NCBI GenBank assembly: GCA_002305085.1
Contig: DBQE01000003.1
Coordinates: forward strand, 5,826-69,825
Source: Bacteroidales bacterium UBA1402
GTDB taxonomy: Bacteria; Bacteroidota; Bacteroidia; Bacteroidales; UBA1402
Direction of reading: 5' to 3'
Length of the DNA: 64,000 nt
This document shows positions 35,806-47,262 of this stretch, in pieces (within the stretch, counting starts at the first letter, position 1; each line of letters opens with the position of its first letter). The position numbers were made by a program, and so were the translations under genes. A model generated the notes under the pieces. The model was not told the DNA's origin, searched no databases, and worked only from the letters and a program-made list of their open reading frames with translations.

Positions 35806-38550
35806 ATGGAAGAAGAATTGAAAGATGCCGGCAAGGACCTTGCCGCCGAAACCCCGGCCGCTGAAGAAGCCGCCGCTGAAACCCCTACTGAAACCCCCAC
35901 CGCTAAAGAAACTGCTGTCGAAACCCCGGCAACTCCCGCTGCGGCAACTCCCGCCGAGACTCCGGCTGCTGAAGAAATTGTTGAAGAAGCCTCAACTGTT
36001 CCTGCCGCAGAAGCTCCTGTTGAAGCAGTAGCCGAAGCAACTGCTGAGGAAGCTCCCGCTACCGTTACAGAATCAGCCGCTACCGCCGCAGCTCCTGTCG
36101 AAGAAACAGCCGCTCCCGAAGAAGCAGCCGCTCCCACCGAAGCAGCAGCCCCCCAAGCCGATCACAAAAAAGACGACGAACCCGCCCAAATGGATCCCGA
36201 TTTCGACTGGGATGCTTATGAAAAAGGCGACATGCTTGGCGATATCAGCACCAGGGAAAAACTGGTCGATGCTTACGACAAAACCCTGAACACCGTCAAG
36301 GAAAAGGAAGTGATCATTGGGAAGGTGATCGGAATGAACAAACGCGAAGTGGTGGTTAACATCGGATTCAAGTCTGACGGCATCATTTCTCTGAACGAAT
36401 TCCGCTACAACCCCGACCTCAAAATCGGCGACGAGGTGGAAGTGTACATCGAATCGCAGGAGGACAAAAAAGGCCAATTGGTTCTTTCGCATAAAAAAGC
36501 GCGCGCAGCCCGCAGTTGGGACAATGTGAACGCAGCGCTCGAAAACGACGAAATTGTGAAGGGTTACATAAAATGCCGCACCAAGGGCGGTATGATTGTC
36601 GATGTGTTTGGTATCGAAGCTTTCCTGCCCGGATCGCAAATTGACGTTAAACCCATTCGCGACTACGACGTATTCGTAGGTAAAACAATGGAATTCAAGG
36701 TTATCAAAATCAACCAGGAATTCAAGAACGTGGTTGTTTCTCACAAGGCTCTTATCGAAGCCGAACTGGAACAACAGAAAAAAGAAATTATCTCCAAGCT
36801 CGAAAAAGGCCAGGTGCTCGAAGGAACCGTCAAGAATATCACTTCGTACGGTGTATTTATCGACCTGGGCGGCGTAGACGGCCTGATCCACATTACCGAC
36901 CTGAGCTGGGGCCGCGTGAGCGATCCCCGCGAAGTAGTGGAACCCGATCAGAAAGTCAACGTAGTGATTATGGACTTTGACGAAGACAAGAGACGTATTG
37001 CCCTAGGAATGAAGCAACTTACTCCTCATCCCTGGGATTCGCTCGATCCCGATCTCAAGATTGGCGACAAAGTAACCGGCAAAGTAGTAGTAATGGCCGA
37101 TTACGGAAGCTTTGTAGAAATTGCTCCGGGAGTTGAAGGCCTTATCCACGTATCGGAAATGAGCTGGTCGCAGCATTTGCGTAGTGCTCAAGACTTTATG
37201 TCCGTCGGCGACGAAGTGGAAGCCGTCATCCTGACCCTGAGCCGCGAAGAACGCAAAATGTCGCTGGGTATCAAACAACTCAAACCCGATCCCTGGCTGG
37301 ATATCGAAAACAAATACGCTGTTGGCAGCCAGCACACAGCACGTGTACGCAACTTTACCAACTTCGGCGTATTCGTAGAAATCGAAGAAGGTGTGGACGG
37401 ACTTATCCACATCAGCGACCTGAGCTGGACCAAAAAGATCAAACATCCCGCTGAATTCACTCAGATCGGTGCCAACATCGAAGTAGTAGTACTCGAAATC
37501 GACAAAGAAAATCGTCGTCTGAGCCTGGGCCACAAGCAACTTGAAGAAAATCCCTGGGAAGTATTCGAAAGCGTATTCATGGTAGACAGCGTACACGAAG
37601 GCATCATTATAGAAATGATGGAAAAGGGTGCTGTTGTTTCCCTGCCTTACGGCGTGGAAGGTTTTGCCACCCCCAAACACCTTATTAAAGAAGACGGCAC
37701 TCAGGCACAGGTGGACGAAAAGCTGGCCTTCAAGGTGATTGAGTTCAACAAAAACGCTAAGCGTATCATTCTTTCGCACAGTCGCATCCACGAAGACGAA
37801 GCCAAGGCCGAAGCTCGTGCCGCCAGTAAAAAGGCCGGCGCCGAAAAGAAAGCCGAAGCTCAGCAAATAGAAGCTGTTTCGCAGAAGGTTGAAAAAACCA
37901 CCTTGGGCGACATCGATGCCCTGGCTGCTCTGAAAGAAGAAATGGATGCTAAGGCTCTGGCTGCCTTGGCCGAAAAAGCCAAGAAAGCAGAGAAAGCCAA
38001 AGCTGCCGAAGCCAAAAAGGAGCCCAAAGCAGAAGAAGTAGCCGAGCCTGAAGCTAAAGCTGAAAAGACAGAAGCTACTCCAAAAGCCAAAGCTAAAGCC
38101 AAAGCCAAGGAAGCTGATGAAGAAGAAGTAACCGAAAAAGCCGAAGAGCCCAAAGCTGAAAAGCCGGCCAAAAAAGCTAAGACTGACGAGGCCAAGGCAG
38201 AAAAAGCCGAAGCCGCTCCAAAGGCCAAAGCAGAGTCCAAAGCCAAAGCTGAAAAAACTACCGAAGAAGTAGCCGAAGAAGCAGAAGAACCCAAAGCCAA
38301 AAAAGCCGCCGAGCCTAAAGCTAAAGCCGGAAAGGCTGCCAAAGCCGAGAATGAAGAAGCCGAAGCTGAAAAAGCCGAAGCTACTCCAAAAACCAAAGCT
38401 AAAACCAAGACCGGCGAAGCTACCGAAGAAGAAGTAGCCGAAAAGGCCGAAGCTAAAAAACCGGCCGCTAAAAAAGCCGCTTCCAAAAAGGAAAACGCCG
38501 GGGAAACCGATGAGGCTGCAACAGCTACAACCGAAGAGCCCAAAGCTTAA
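35806..38550 (+). CDS. rpsA: 30S ribosomal protein S1 with long N- and C-terminal low-complexity extensions
   Basis: 914 aa. The core from FDWDAYEKG through TLGDIDALAALKEEM contains six S1 (OB) repeats (GKVIGMNKREVVVNIGFKSDG, GYIKCRTKGGMIVDV, GTVKNITSYGVFIDLGG, GKVVVMADYGSFVEIAPG, ARVRNFTNFGVFVEIEEG, GIIIEMMEKGAVVSLPYG). Confidence 0.9.
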   Translation: MEEELKDAGKDLAAETPAAEEAAAETPTETPTAKETAVETPATPAAATPAETPAAEEIVEEASTVPAAEAPVEAVAEATAEEAPATVTESAATAAAPVEETAAPEEAAAPTEAAAPQADHKKDDEPAQMDPDFDWDAYEKGDMLGDISTREKLVDAYDKTLNTVKEKEVIIGKVIGMNKREVVVNIGFKSDGIISLNEFRYNPDLKIGDEVEVYIESQEDKKGQLVLSHKKARAARSWDNVNAALENDEIVKGYIKCRTKGGMIVDVFGIEAFLPGSQIDVKPIRDYDVFVGKTMEFKVIKINQEFKNVVVSHKALIEAELEQQKKEIISKLEKGQVLEGTVKNITSYGVFIDLGGVDGLIHITDLSWGRVSDPREVVEPDQKVNVVIMDFDEDKRRIALGMKQLTPHPWDSLDPDLKIGDKVTGKVVVMADYGSFVEIAPGVEGLIHVSEMSWSQHLRSAQDFMSVGDEVEAVILTLSREERKMSLGIKQLKPDPWLDIENKYAVGSQHTARVRNFTNFGVFVEIEEGVDGLIHISDLSWTKKIKHPAEFTQIGANIEVVVLEIDKENRRLSLGHKQLEENPWEVFESVFMVDSVHEGIIIEMMEKGAVVSLPYGVEGFATPKHLIKEDGTQAQVDEKLAFKVIEFNKNAKRIILSHSRIHEDEAKAEARAASKKAGAEKKAEAQQIEAVSQKVEKTTLGDIDALAALKEEMDAKALAALAEKAKKAEKAKAAEAKKEPKAEEVAEPEAKAEKTEATPKAKAKAKAKEADEEEVTEKAEEPKAEKPAKKAKTDEAKAEKAEAAPKAKAESKAKAEKTTEEVAEEAEEPKAKKAAEPKAKAGKAAKAENEEAEAEKAEATPKTKAKTKTGEATEEEVAEKAEAKKPAAKKAASKKENAGETDEAATATTEEPKA

Positions 38551-38627
38551 AGCCGCAAATCGGCCCACATAACAGGGCCCGTTCGCGAAGCGCTCCAAAA
38601 CGCTTTCGGCAAAGGGCCTCTACCAAA

Positions 38628-38669
38628 GCAAGGAGGCTGTCTCAAGTAGACAGCCTCCTTGCTTTTTTT
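38628..38669 (+). terminator. rho-independent terminator of rpsA
   Basis: gcaaggaggctgtct, loop caagt, agacagcctccttgc (perfect 15-bp stem), followed by ttttttt. Confidence 0.8.
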
Positions 38670-38752
38670 ATCACGTTTGTGAACTGAATCCCGGAATAAT
38701 TTCTGTTTACAGTTCTCAGATTAAGAGATGGATTATCCGGTTTTATAAGACA

Positions 38753-39358
38753 TTACTTAAGCTCCCCCAGCCCCTGGCGAACCACCAAGGGCTCATCGCC
38801 GGTGCAATCGACCACCGTCGACTGAACTATGCCTCCGGGGCCTCCGTCGATGACTATATCGACCAGGTGCCCGAAACGCTCGTTGATCAGTTCGGGATCG
38901 GTGGTGTATTCCACCTGGTTATCGGTTTGCATCAAACTGGTTGTCATCAGCGGATTGCCCAATTCCTCGACAATTGCTCGTACAATGGCGTTGTCGGGGA
39001 TGCGAATGCCTACTGTCTTGCGTTGCTTAAACAATTTGGGCAAGGCACTGCTCCCGTTCAAAATAAAAGTAAAGGGGCCGGGCAGATTCTTTTTCATCAG
39101 TTTAAAGGTGGCGTTATCCAATCTGGCAAATTCACTGATATGGCTCAGATCGTGGCAAATAAACGACAAATTGGCTTTGCCTATGCATTTGTCTTTGAGC
39201 CGGCAAATCTGCTCGACAGCCCTGGCATGAAAAATGTCGCAACCGATGGCATAGACCGTATCGGTGGGATAAATGATTAATCCGCCTTCGCGCAATGCAT
39301 TGGCTATTTTTTGCACGACCCTTGGGTTGGGATTGTCTTCATAAAGCCGAATCAACAT
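38753..39358 (-). CDS. tsaC: L-threonylcarbamoyladenylate synthase (YrdC/TsaC family)
   Basis: 201 aa with GGLIIYPTDTVYAIGCD and LPGPFTFIL YrdC-domain motifs. Confidence 0.85.
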   Translation of the reverse strand: MLIRLYEDNPNPRVVQKIANALREGGLIIYPTDTVYAIGCDIFHARAVEQICRLKDKCIGKANLSFICHDLSHISEFARLDNATFKLMKKNLPGPFTFILNGSSALPKLFKQRKTVGIRIPDNAIVRAIVEELGNPLMTTSLMQTDNQVEYTTDPELINERFGHLVDIVIDGGPGGIVQSTVVDCTGDEPLVVRQGLGELK

Positions 39359-39379
39359 TGTTCACAAATTTGACGCTAA

Positions 39380-41938
39380 TTAAAACCAGCGGACATAACA
39401 AAAGTCCATACGATGCGGCATATCGGGGTGCTTGGGAAACATTCTGAAAGAATAATCAAAAGCACCGGCCTTTTTCAAACGATAGTTGATTTCAAAACGC
39501 AGATGGCCTTTTTCGTCTATATTTTTCAGTTCCAGTTCAGATGAATAATTTTGAGAACTGCCGTCGAGGTTGGTGTGCAAAATTACCAATTCCACACCGA
39601 TGCTGTCTTTGAGACCGGCCGAGTCGATGCTCACACCAATGTTGTATTCGCTGCCCACTTTGGGCTGATGCAACATGGCATCGGGAAAATCTACCTTCAG
39701 CACCTTGATCTGCTCCCATTTATCGGCTACTTCCTGTTTCCAGCGGCTGATTTCACGGGCCTTGGCATAGGAATTGGCGGTGATCAACGCCGAACGTTTA
39801 ACCAATTTGCTGTAGAAGCGATCGATGTAATCGTCGAGCATACGCTTGGTGGTGAAACGCGGGGCGATTTGAGCAATGGAATTCTTGATGTATTGCACCC
39901 ACTCGGGCGAATAACCCTTACTGTTTTTTGCGAAGAACAAGGGAATAATTTCGTTTTCGAGCATGGAATAAATGGTGGCTGCATCGAGCTGATCCTGGAA
40001 CTCCTGGCTTTCGTAGGTACGTTTTTCGGTCAGAGCCCAGCCGGCTTTTTCAACATAACCTTCGAGCCACCAGCCGTCGAGCACCGAGAAATTGAGCACG
40101 CCGTTCATTTCGGCTTTTTGGCCCGAGGTTCCCGAAGCTTCTAAGGGACGGGTCGGGGTGTTGAGCCAAATGTCCACACCCGAAATCAGGCGTTTGGCCA
40201 AGGCCATGTCGTAGTTCTCGAGGAAGATGATCTTGCCCTGGAATTCGGGCATGCGCGAAATTTCCACGATGCGCTTAATCAGTCCCTGTCCGCCTCCGTC
40301 GGCCGGGTGGGCCTTGCCGGTAAAGACAAATTGCACGGGATAAAGGGGATTGTTCACTATGCGGGACAAACGTTCCAGATCGGTAAACAACAAATGGGCA
40401 CGTTTGTAGGTAGCAAAACGACGACCGAAACCTATCATCAGGGTATTGGGATTGATTTTTTCCAGTATGGCCATGATGCGCGAGGGATCGCCCTGGTTTT
40501 TGAACCAACTGTCTCTGTATTTGTTGCGTATGTACTCAATCAATTTAAGCTTGAGTTGCTGACGGGTTTTCCAAATCTCTTCGTCGCTGACTTCGTAGAT
40601 TTTGCTCCAGAGTTCGGCGTTGGACTGATCGCCCATCCATTGGGGACCGAAAGTTTTTTCGTAGAGGCTGCGCCATTCGCTGGCGGTCCAGGTGGGCATA
40701 TGAACGCCGTTGGTAACATAACTTACATGTAACTCGTCGGGGAAATAACCTTTCCAGATATTGCTGAACATTTTTTGGGACACCTTGCCGTGGAGCATGC
40801 TCACGCCATTGACCTCCTGACAGCAGTTGCAGGCAAAAACGCTCATGCTGAATTTTTCGTTGGTGTCGCCTTCGTTTTCGCGGCCCATATCCATAAATCT
40901 GGCCCAACTGATGCCCAATTTTTGGGGGAAGCTGCTCATGTATTTGAACATGAGGTCTTCGTCGAATTTATCGTGGCCGGCGGGAACCGGGGTATGTACC
41001 GTGTAGAGCGAAGAGGCGCGTACTACTTCGAGGGCTTCGCTAAAGTTAAGTCCTTCCTGGGCAATCAGGTCGACCATACGTTGGGCGTTGATCAGGGCGG
41101 CGTGGCCTTCGTTGCAATGATATACCTGTTTTTTGATACCCAAGATATTGAGCAGTTGTATGCCGCCAATGCCCAGCAGGTATTCCTGTTTCAAGCGGTT
41201 TTCCCAGTCGCCGCCGTAGAGTTGGGCGGTAATTTGACGCTCAAACTCGCTGTTGCCCGGATGGTCGGTATCTATCAGGTAGAGATCCACTCTGCCCACG
41301 GCTGCTTTCCAGATATAGCAATTCACTATATAGCCCGGGAAGTCCACTTTAAGCACCAGGGGATTGCCTTGTTCGTCTTTGACTTGTTCTATGGGCAGTG
41401 TATTGAAGTTTTGAGGTTCATAGATGGCAATTTGCTGACCTTCCATCGAAAGTCCCTGAGTAAAATAACCGTTGCGATAGAGAAAACCCACGGCCGTCAT
41501 GGGAATATTGCAGTCGGAAGCTTCTTTCAGGTAATCGCCGGCCAATACGCCCAGGCCGCCTGAATAGATCTTAAGTACGTCGGTCAAACCGTATTCCATG
41601 CTGAAATAAGCCACCGAAGGGGCCTCTTTGTTGACAGGGACATCCATGTACTCGCGGAATTTTGCGTAAATGCTGTCTAAGCGCTGCATGATTGCCTTGT
41701 CTTCGGCTATTTGTTTCAGTTGGGTATAGGAAAGGCTTTCCAAAAAAGCGACGGGATTGCCCGAAACCTGCACCCAGAGGGGTCTGTCTATTTCTCTAAA
41801 TAATCTGATGATTTCGTCGTTCCAGCTCCACCAAAGATTACGGACCAATTCCTGTATTTTCCCGAGTCCGGCAGGCATGTTGGACTGTACGGTCACACTA
41901 GACCATTGGGGCTGATTACTGCAATGCTTTGTTTTCAT
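39380..41938 (-). CDS. glgP: alpha-glucan (glycogen/maltodextrin) phosphorylase, GT35
   Basis: 852 aa with [14 protein letters not shown] (PLP-Lys motif context) and [18 protein letters not shown]. Confidence 0.85.
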   Translation of the reverse strand: MKTKHCSNQPQWSSVTVQSNMPAGLGKIQELVRNLWWSWNDEIIRLFREIDRPLWVQVSGNPVAFLESLSYTQLKQIAEDKAIMQRLDSIYAKFREYMDVPVNKEAPSVAYFSMEYGLTDVLKIYSGGLGVLAGDYLKEASDCNIPMTAVGFLYRNGYFTQGLSMEGQQIAIYEPQNFNTLPIEQVKDEQGNPLVLKVDFPGYIVNCYIWKAAVGRVDLYLIDTDHPGNSEFERQITAQLYGGDWENRLKQEYLLGIGGIQLLNILGIKKQVYHCNEGHAALINAQRMVDLIAQEGLNFSEALEVVRASSLYTVHTPVPAGHDKFDEDLMFKYMSSFPQKLGISWARFMDMGRENEGDTNEKFSMSVFACNCCQEVNGVSMLHGKVSQKMFSNIWKGYFPDELHVSYVTNGVHMPTWTASEWRSLYEKTFGPQWMGDQSNAELWSKIYEVSDEEIWKTRQQLKLKLIEYIRNKYRDSWFKNQGDPSRIMAILEKINPNTLMIGFGRRFATYKRAHLLFTDLERLSRIVNNPLYPVQFVFTGKAHPADGGGQGLIKRIVEISRMPEFQGKIIFLENYDMALAKRLISGVDIWLNTPTRPLEASGTSGQKAEMNGVLNFSVLDGWWLEGYVEKAGWALTEKRTYESQEFQDQLDAATIYSMLENEIIPLFFAKNSKGYSPEWVQYIKNSIAQIAPRFTTKRMLDDYIDRFYSKLVKRSALITANSYAKAREISRWKQEVADKWEQIKVLKVDFPDAMLHQPKVGSEYNIGVSIDSAGLKDSIGVELVILHTNLDGSSQNYSSELELKNIDEKGHLRFEINYRLKKAGAFDYSFRMFPKHPDMPHRMDFCYVRWF

Positions 41939-41939
41939 A

Positions 41940-43739
41940 TTATTTACTTGTTTTTTTCTGTTTATTGTACTTCTTGACCTTGGACAAAGCCAGGTCGTAT
42001 GCTTGTTGGTAATACTTTATAAAGTTTGACCACAACGCCTGTTTAGACAGACGTCCGGCTTTTTTTCGCACTTCTTTGCGCTCTTCGCTGTGCAGGGAGG
42101 CAAAATCGGCAAAGACCCCGGCCGTTTGCCGAACGACTTCTTCGTAATTACTGTCGTTGCGGGGAATAACGGCCGCACCCTGCCTGATGTCCGTGTCTTT
42201 GTAGCCCAGTTTCTGAAGCCAACGGCCGAAACCCGACAGCGAAGTGGTGAGCGTGGGCACCGAAAAGGCCAGGCTTTCGAGCGGGGTATAACCCCAAGGT
42301 TCGTAATACGACAAAAATGCCGTCAGGTCGAAAGCCTGTAGAATATCGTAATAGGATTTGTTGAATATGCCGTCGTGTCCGTGCAGGTAGCAGGGCACAA
42401 AGATAATTTTGACTTTCTCGTCCGGACCGTTGGTAAAGCCCAGATGTTTAATGGTGTTGAGCACTTTATCCTGCTCAATGTGGTTGAGCCAGTGCGTGTT
42501 GTAGGGATGATAAATGGGGCCGGGTTGAGCTGACTCTGCCTCCGGGGAATTTCCCAAATCTGATTGCTGTTTGGCCGAAGACGAAGTTGTTTTGCTCTTT
42601 CTGAGCGCCTCCAACCTTTGGAGCACTTCCTGACGGGCAGCGCTTACATCGCCGGGCACCAGGATATAAGCCAGAATCTGCCGGTCGAGGCTCCGGTCGT
42701 GACGCAGCCGGTGCAAGCTTTCGATAAAGACGTCCAGCCCCTTGTTGCGAAACTCGTAACGTCCGCTGGTAGCCAGCATCAACACGTTTTTATTGAGACT
42801 GTAACCCAGTATGCTTTCGGCCACTTCGAGTAAAAGTCGGCGGGCTGCTTTGCGTTTGGCAATGGCCACGGCTCCCCGGGGCACAAAATCGTCTTCGAAA
42901 CCGTTGGGGGTGACCAGATCGGGGGCTTTGCCGATTAGTTGAGCACATTCGGCGGCTGTGATGTCGCTGACGGTGGTAAAGCAATCGGCTTGAAAGGCTG
43001 CCGTTTTTTCGACTGAATGTTTGGCGACCATATTGAGTTCCCTTGCCATCTGATCGCCCTGATAGCCCTCTATATACTTATAGAGTTTTTTCCCGTTGCC
43101 ACTAATGGAACGGCCTATGGAAGTGGCATGGGTAGTAAATACGGTGGCCACACAGGGCAGGTGTTTTTTGACGTAGAGCAAACCCAGCCCGGTGGTCCAT
43201 TCATGGAAATGAGCTACTACTGCAGGATCTTGTTCCAGGTGGTAACGCTCCCAGCTTCGGATGACTTCGCCGCAGGCATAAGCAAACATGCAGGATTCGT
43301 CGTAATCGCCGTAAGCCTGAATGGAATCAACGCCAAACCATTCCCAAAACTGGGAGTAAATATGGTTTTTATAGGCATAGTATTTTTTAAAATCTACTAA
43401 AATCACCAGGGGTTCACCGGGAATGTTCCAGCGCCCGCAACGTATGGACAATTTATCGTGCCGACGGGCATAAGCGCTCCATTCGTCCAAAGGAGTGGAA
43501 GTTTCGTTGAACTCGGCCTTTTGCACTTCGTTTTGCAAATCGGGGCCTATGTAGCAAATCGCTTCCCCGTAAAGGACTTTGAGTTGTTTTGCATGCGTCG
43601 ACAAGACGGTGTGGATACCTCCTACTTTGTTGCAAACCTCCCAACTGGACTCGAAAATCCTGTCGGGAAGCCGACTATCGCTTACCTTTTTGGACATACC
43701 TTTTTCCTGTTCAGTTTTGAAAGCCGCAAAGGTAGTCAA
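41940..43739 (-). CDS. glycogen synthase, eukaryote-like GT3 type
   Basis: 599 aa with [16 protein letters not shown] near the N-terminus. An alternative start is M15 at 43697. The stop lies 2 nt before the glgP start. Confidence 0.75.
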   Translation of the reverse strand: MTTFAAFKTEQEKGMSKKVSDSRLPDRIFESSWEVCNKVGGIHTVLSTHAKQLKVLYGEAICYIGPDLQNEVQKAEFNETSTPLDEWSAYARRHDKLSIRCGRWNIPGEPLVILVDFKKYYAYKNHIYSQFWEWFGVDSIQAYGDYDESCMFAYACGEVIRSWERYHLEQDPAVVAHFHEWTTGLGLLYVKKHLPCVATVFTTHATSIGRSISGNGKKLYKYIEGYQGDQMARELNMVAKHSVEKTAAFQADCFTTVSDITAAECAQLIGKAPDLVTPNGFEDDFVPRGAVAIAKRKAARRLLLEVAESILGYSLNKNVLMLATSGRYEFRNKGLDVFIESLHRLRHDRSLDRQILAYILVPGDVSAARQEVLQRLEALRKSKTTSSSAKQQSDLGNSPEAESAQPGPIYHPYNTHWLNHIEQDKVLNTIKHLGFTNGPDEKVKIIFVPCYLHGHDGIFNKSYYDILQAFDLTAFLSYYEPWGYTPLESLAFSVPTLTTSLSGFGRWLQKLGYKDTDIRQGAAVIPRNDSNYEEVVRQTAGVFADFASLHSEERKEVRKKAGRLSKQALWSNFIKYYQQAYDLALSKVKKYNKQKKTSK

Positions 43740-43872
43740 TCTATTTCATATTTTGAGTGAAATACCGCCCGCAGATTGTTCAATTTCCTTAATTTTTATA
43801 CAGAAAATGGCGAGCTCACATGCCGCAAAAAAACAGACTTTCCGGCATTCGGCACATACTCAAGCCACTGCA

Positions 43873-45933
43873 TCAATTCAGCATTACCTGCCCGCCCGTA
43901 ATGGGAAGCGCCTGACCCGTTTCGCCGCATTGATCCATCAGATACAGCACTCCCTTGCTGACATCCAAAGGTGAACAACCTTTACGCATGGGCACCTGAG
44001 CCAGGTAGTAATCCTCGACATCCCGAATGGTTTTGGCGCCCGGTACTTTGCCCGCCTTGAGGTATTGCACAAAGAGGCCGTTTTCGGGATTGCTCCAGAG
44101 CGGACCTTCGTAATAATTTCCGGGACAGATGGAGTTGACCTTGATGCGGAAGGGAGCCAGTTCCAGGGCAAAAGACTGTGTAAGGCCTATACCTCCGAAT
44201 TTACCGCCGGCATAGGCAAAATTGGCTCTGCTGCCTCTCAGTCCCGATTTGGAATTAATCTGGATGATGTCGGCGTAATAATCGGGGGAGCCGTAAGCGG
44301 TTTGCAATTTCATTACGCGACTTACCACCTTGGTGCAATAAAAATAGGCGCTGTAGTTGATTTTGGTCACTAAATCGAAGTTTTCGGGGCTCATTTCTTC
44401 CAGACCGCCGGCCCGGAGGATACCCGCGTTGCTGATAAAACAGTCGATGCCACCGAAACAACAAATACTTTGGTACACAAGCTGCTCGATACTGGCGACC
44501 TTGCTTACATCGGTCTGCACAAACACAGCCCTGTTGCTGCGGGCTTTTTGGTTGAATTCATCCACGGTGGCCAGGCCGGTTTCGCTGTTGAGGTCGGCCA
44601 CCACAATATTGGCCCCCTCCTTCAGGAGTTCATCGGCAATACCCCGGCCAAAGCCCTGGGCAGCTCCGGTAACCACTATGGTTTTGTTTTGGGCTCTGCC
44701 GGTTAGGGTACCGGCGGCGATGCTGCGGCGATAGTTTTCGACTTCCCAATGATCGATAAAATCGATTTGTTCCTGAGTCATGGGATGCGGGCCTCCAAAG
44801 GCTTCGGAGATGGCGGCAATCTTGATGCAGTCTTCGAAAACATCGAGGATGGTATCGCATTGGGCTGCGTTGTCGCCTACGGCCACGATACCCAAACCCC
44901 GGAGGGCAATCACCTTGGGTTGATAGCCGAAATGTTGCCTGAAAAAAGGCAGGATTTTTTTCGCATCATCCAGTATATCTTCGGTTTTGGCCTTATCTAT
45001 ATATAACTGGTTGGATTTGCAATACACTATGCCGTCGGGCGTAAAGGGACGGCTGATGTATATATAATGCTCTTTTTTCTCACAATAGTACTCTATCAGC
45101 TTGTTGTTGCGGATTTTGAGTGTTTTAAGCTGAATATGTTTTTGCTCATCTGTTTCGGAAACCAACATACGGAGCGCAGGCAGAATTTCGATCACTCTGC
45201 CCGGAACAGGACGTTCTTCCGGCTGAAGATAGGCCTGCAGGGCCTTGGAGCCGGCAGCAGCCCTGTGAGCGGCCGTTTTTACTTCTTTATCGAGCACAGC
45301 CAGGATATGATCGTAGGTACGACGAATTTCTTCGATATTGTCGGCAGCCACAAAGATACCGTGGTTCTGCAACCAAATCACCGAGGGCTCTTTGCCCCGC
45401 TTTGCCCGGAAGGCAGCAATGGCTCCTTCGACTTTTTTGAATAGGACATAGCCGGGATCGGTATAAGGAATGTAGAGATGTTCATCGCCAAACAGTTCCC
45501 TAAGCTTATTTTCGGCTTGCCGGGAACACATCAGCCCGTTGACGGCCGTAGGATGTAAATGCACCACAAAAGCATAGTTGATGGCATTGTGCATGGAAGT
45601 TTCTACCGACGGGCGCCGGTTTTTGGTAATACAGGCGGCTTCCAGATCGCTTTTGACCTCGGCCTCGCGCAAGTCGGTATCGTCGCTGTAGGACTTTTCG
45701 GAGAGGAGCCGCAGTTTGTCGCGATCGAGTACGGCAAAACCATCCCGATCGATGGTGGCCAGGGCAAAGCCGGAGGCTTTCACCCAAATTTGCCGCTCGT
45801 CTTTATAAGAGGTGTTGCCTCCGCCTGCAATAACAAAACGCTTGTCTTTACCGTAAAACCGGGATATCTCGATGAGTTGTTCGATCTCTCTCATGACATT
45901 ATTGTTTAATTGATTAGAAAATGAAAAGTCCAT
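43873..45933 (-). CDS. bifunctional class II aldolase / short-chain dehydrogenase (RhaEW-like)
   Basis: 686 aa. The N-terminal aldolase/adducin-type domain shows IAGGGNTSYK and HLHP. The C-terminal SDR shows VTGAAQGFGRGIA and YAGGKFGG (YxxxK). Confidence 0.8.
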   Translation of the reverse strand: MDFSFSNQLNNNVMREIEQLIEISRFYGKDKRFVIAGGGNTSYKDERQIWVKASGFALATIDRDGFAVLDRDKLRLLSEKSYSDDTDLREAEVKSDLEAACITKNRRPSVETSMHNAINYAFVVHLHPTAVNGLMCSRQAENKLRELFGDEHLYIPYTDPGYVLFKKVEGAIAAFRAKRGKEPSVIWLQNHGIFVAADNIEEIRRTYDHILAVLDKEVKTAAHRAAAGSKALQAYLQPEERPVPGRVIEILPALRMLVSETDEQKHIQLKTLKIRNNKLIEYYCEKKEHYIYISRPFTPDGIVYCKSNQLYIDKAKTEDILDDAKKILPFFRQHFGYQPKVIALRGLGIVAVGDNAAQCDTILDVFEDCIKIAAISEAFGGPHPMTQEQIDFIDHWEVENYRRSIAAGTLTGRAQNKTIVVTGAAQGFGRGIADELLKEGANIVVADLNSETGLATVDEFNQKARSNRAVFVQTDVSKVASIEQLVYQSICCFGGIDCFISNAGILRAGGLEEMSPENFDLVTKINYSAYFYCTKVVSRVMKLQTAYGSPDYYADIIQINSKSGLRGSRANFAYAGGKFGGIGLTQSFALELAPFRIKVNSICPGNYYEGPLWSNPENGLFVQYLKAGKVPGAKTIRDVEDYYLAQVPMRKGCSPLDVSKGVLYLMDQCGETGQALPITGGQVMLN

Positions 45934-45957
45934 ACTTGTGTTCTTATTTATTCTTGT

Positions 45958-47169
45958 TTATTGGCCGGTGACGGAACGGATGAGTTGGTCACCCAGCTTG
46001 ATGTATTCTTCGCGTTTATCTGTGTGAGCACGGCCTGAAGCGTCCACGTAGCCTTCGAGGCCCTGACCGACCAGGTGTTGATGGGCTGCCAGCACGCAAG
46101 CGCTTTTGTAATTGATTTCACGCAAAACTTCGCTCAATGCTTGTCCGTGACGGGCAGACAACAAAATGGGCTCCATGGCGGGGCTGTTGTGCTCGCTGCC
46201 CAAAGTGACGACAAAACCGAGTTCGTAGAGATAAACGACGTATTTTTCCAATAGATGCAGGTCGTTGCGGGTGCTGATGAATTCCACCGAATGAAAACCC
46301 CGTTCATGCAGGGTCTTGGCTGCATTTTCCAGATCGCCTTCGAAGTCGGTATAGCCTCCTTTGGGATCGTCGGCCAAAAAAGGATAAGTGGGTATGCCGC
46401 CGGCAGCCAATATTATGCTACAGACTTTTTCCACAGGCAAAAAGGCTTTGGGATCTTCGGGTACAAAAGCGGCACCGCCGGCCTTGAGCAAATTGCCCCG
46501 GATTTCGTTTTCGACGGCAGCATGGTCGTTTATGGCAGACTTGAGGGCTTTGCCTCCGAACAGTTGCTGAAAAAGGGCTGCAATTTTTACTTCGGCTTCC
46601 CGGCCGGCCTCCGAAACCTGCTTTTTGCTTCCGGAAGCGGAACCTAAGGCTTGTTCGTAGACCTTAATGCGCAAAGCCTTGGCCAAATGCCGTTCGCGGA
46701 TGTTGCCCTTGGTCATTTCTCTGAGGATCTGCTCGTAATCGAGGCGGAAACCCAGCTTCAGACTATCGAGCAAGTCGTTGATTTTGGCGCACATGGCCTT
46801 GACCTGGGCATTGGATTCGGCTCTGACAAGACTGAGCTGAGATGCGTAAGGTTCGGGCAACGAGGGCGGACATTTAAGACCCTTGCCGCTGATATAGGTA
46901 CGGCCGGGATTGTTGGGATCGTTTACCCGTATGCCTTGGGCCTGATCCTGCTGGTTGAGGCCGATAAATTCTATATTGAACAAAGGATAAAGCGAGCGCT
47001 TGCGGCATTCCTTTTCCCAGAGTTCGTAGCCGTCCATGGAATAAAAGTCGTTGATTCCAACCACCCTGACCCCCTGCTCCAACGCCAGATCGAGAGCCTG
47101 TGTAAGGCTCTCGAAGGCGCTGAACGAATAAGGCGTATGCAAATGAGCATTAACGTTCACTATTTTCAT
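45958..47169 (-). CDS. PHP-domain (polymerase/histidinol-phosphatase-like) metal-dependent hydrolase, function unknown
   Basis: 403 aa with NAHLHTPYS, VGINDFY, NIEF and GSEHN in the order expected for PHP metal ligands. The assignment is by pattern only. Confidence 0.5.
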   Translation of the reverse strand: MKIVNVNAHLHTPYSFSAFESLTQALDLALEQGVRVVGINDFYSMDGYELWEKECRKRSLYPLFNIEFIGLNQQDQAQGIRVNDPNNPGRTYISGKGLKCPPSLPEPYASQLSLVRAESNAQVKAMCAKINDLLDSLKLGFRLDYEQILREMTKGNIRERHLAKALRIKVYEQALGSASGSKKQVSEAGREAEVKIAALFQQLFGGKALKSAINDHAAVENEIRGNLLKAGGAAFVPEDPKAFLPVEKVCSIILAAGGIPTYPFLADDPKGGYTDFEGDLENAAKTLHERGFHSVEFISTRNDLHLLEKYVVYLYELGFVVTLGSEHNSPAMEPILLSARHGQALSEVLREINYKSACVLAAHQHLVGQGLEGYVDASGRAHTDKREEYIKLGDQLIRSVTGQ

Positions 47170-47262
47170 TGTTTTTATTTTTATTCAGTGATTCCGTATT
47201 GGATAAATGGTTTTTTAATTATCAATGAAATATTAAAAAAACGGATTCAAACGGCAAAGATA

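Noticed and set aside
36073-38598. Minus-strand ORFs of 272, 531 and 227 aa (36073..36891, 37003..38598, 37860..38543) opposite rpsA
   Set aside because: They are antisense to ribosomal protein S1. The F/G/S-rich translations merely mirror the K/A/E codon repeats of the S1 tail.
39551-41563. Plus-strand ORFs (39551..40144, 40307..40732, 40775..41563) inside the glycogen phosphorylase gene
   Set aside because: They are antisense shadow ORFs without motifs, and the minus-strand gene is continuous and well supported.
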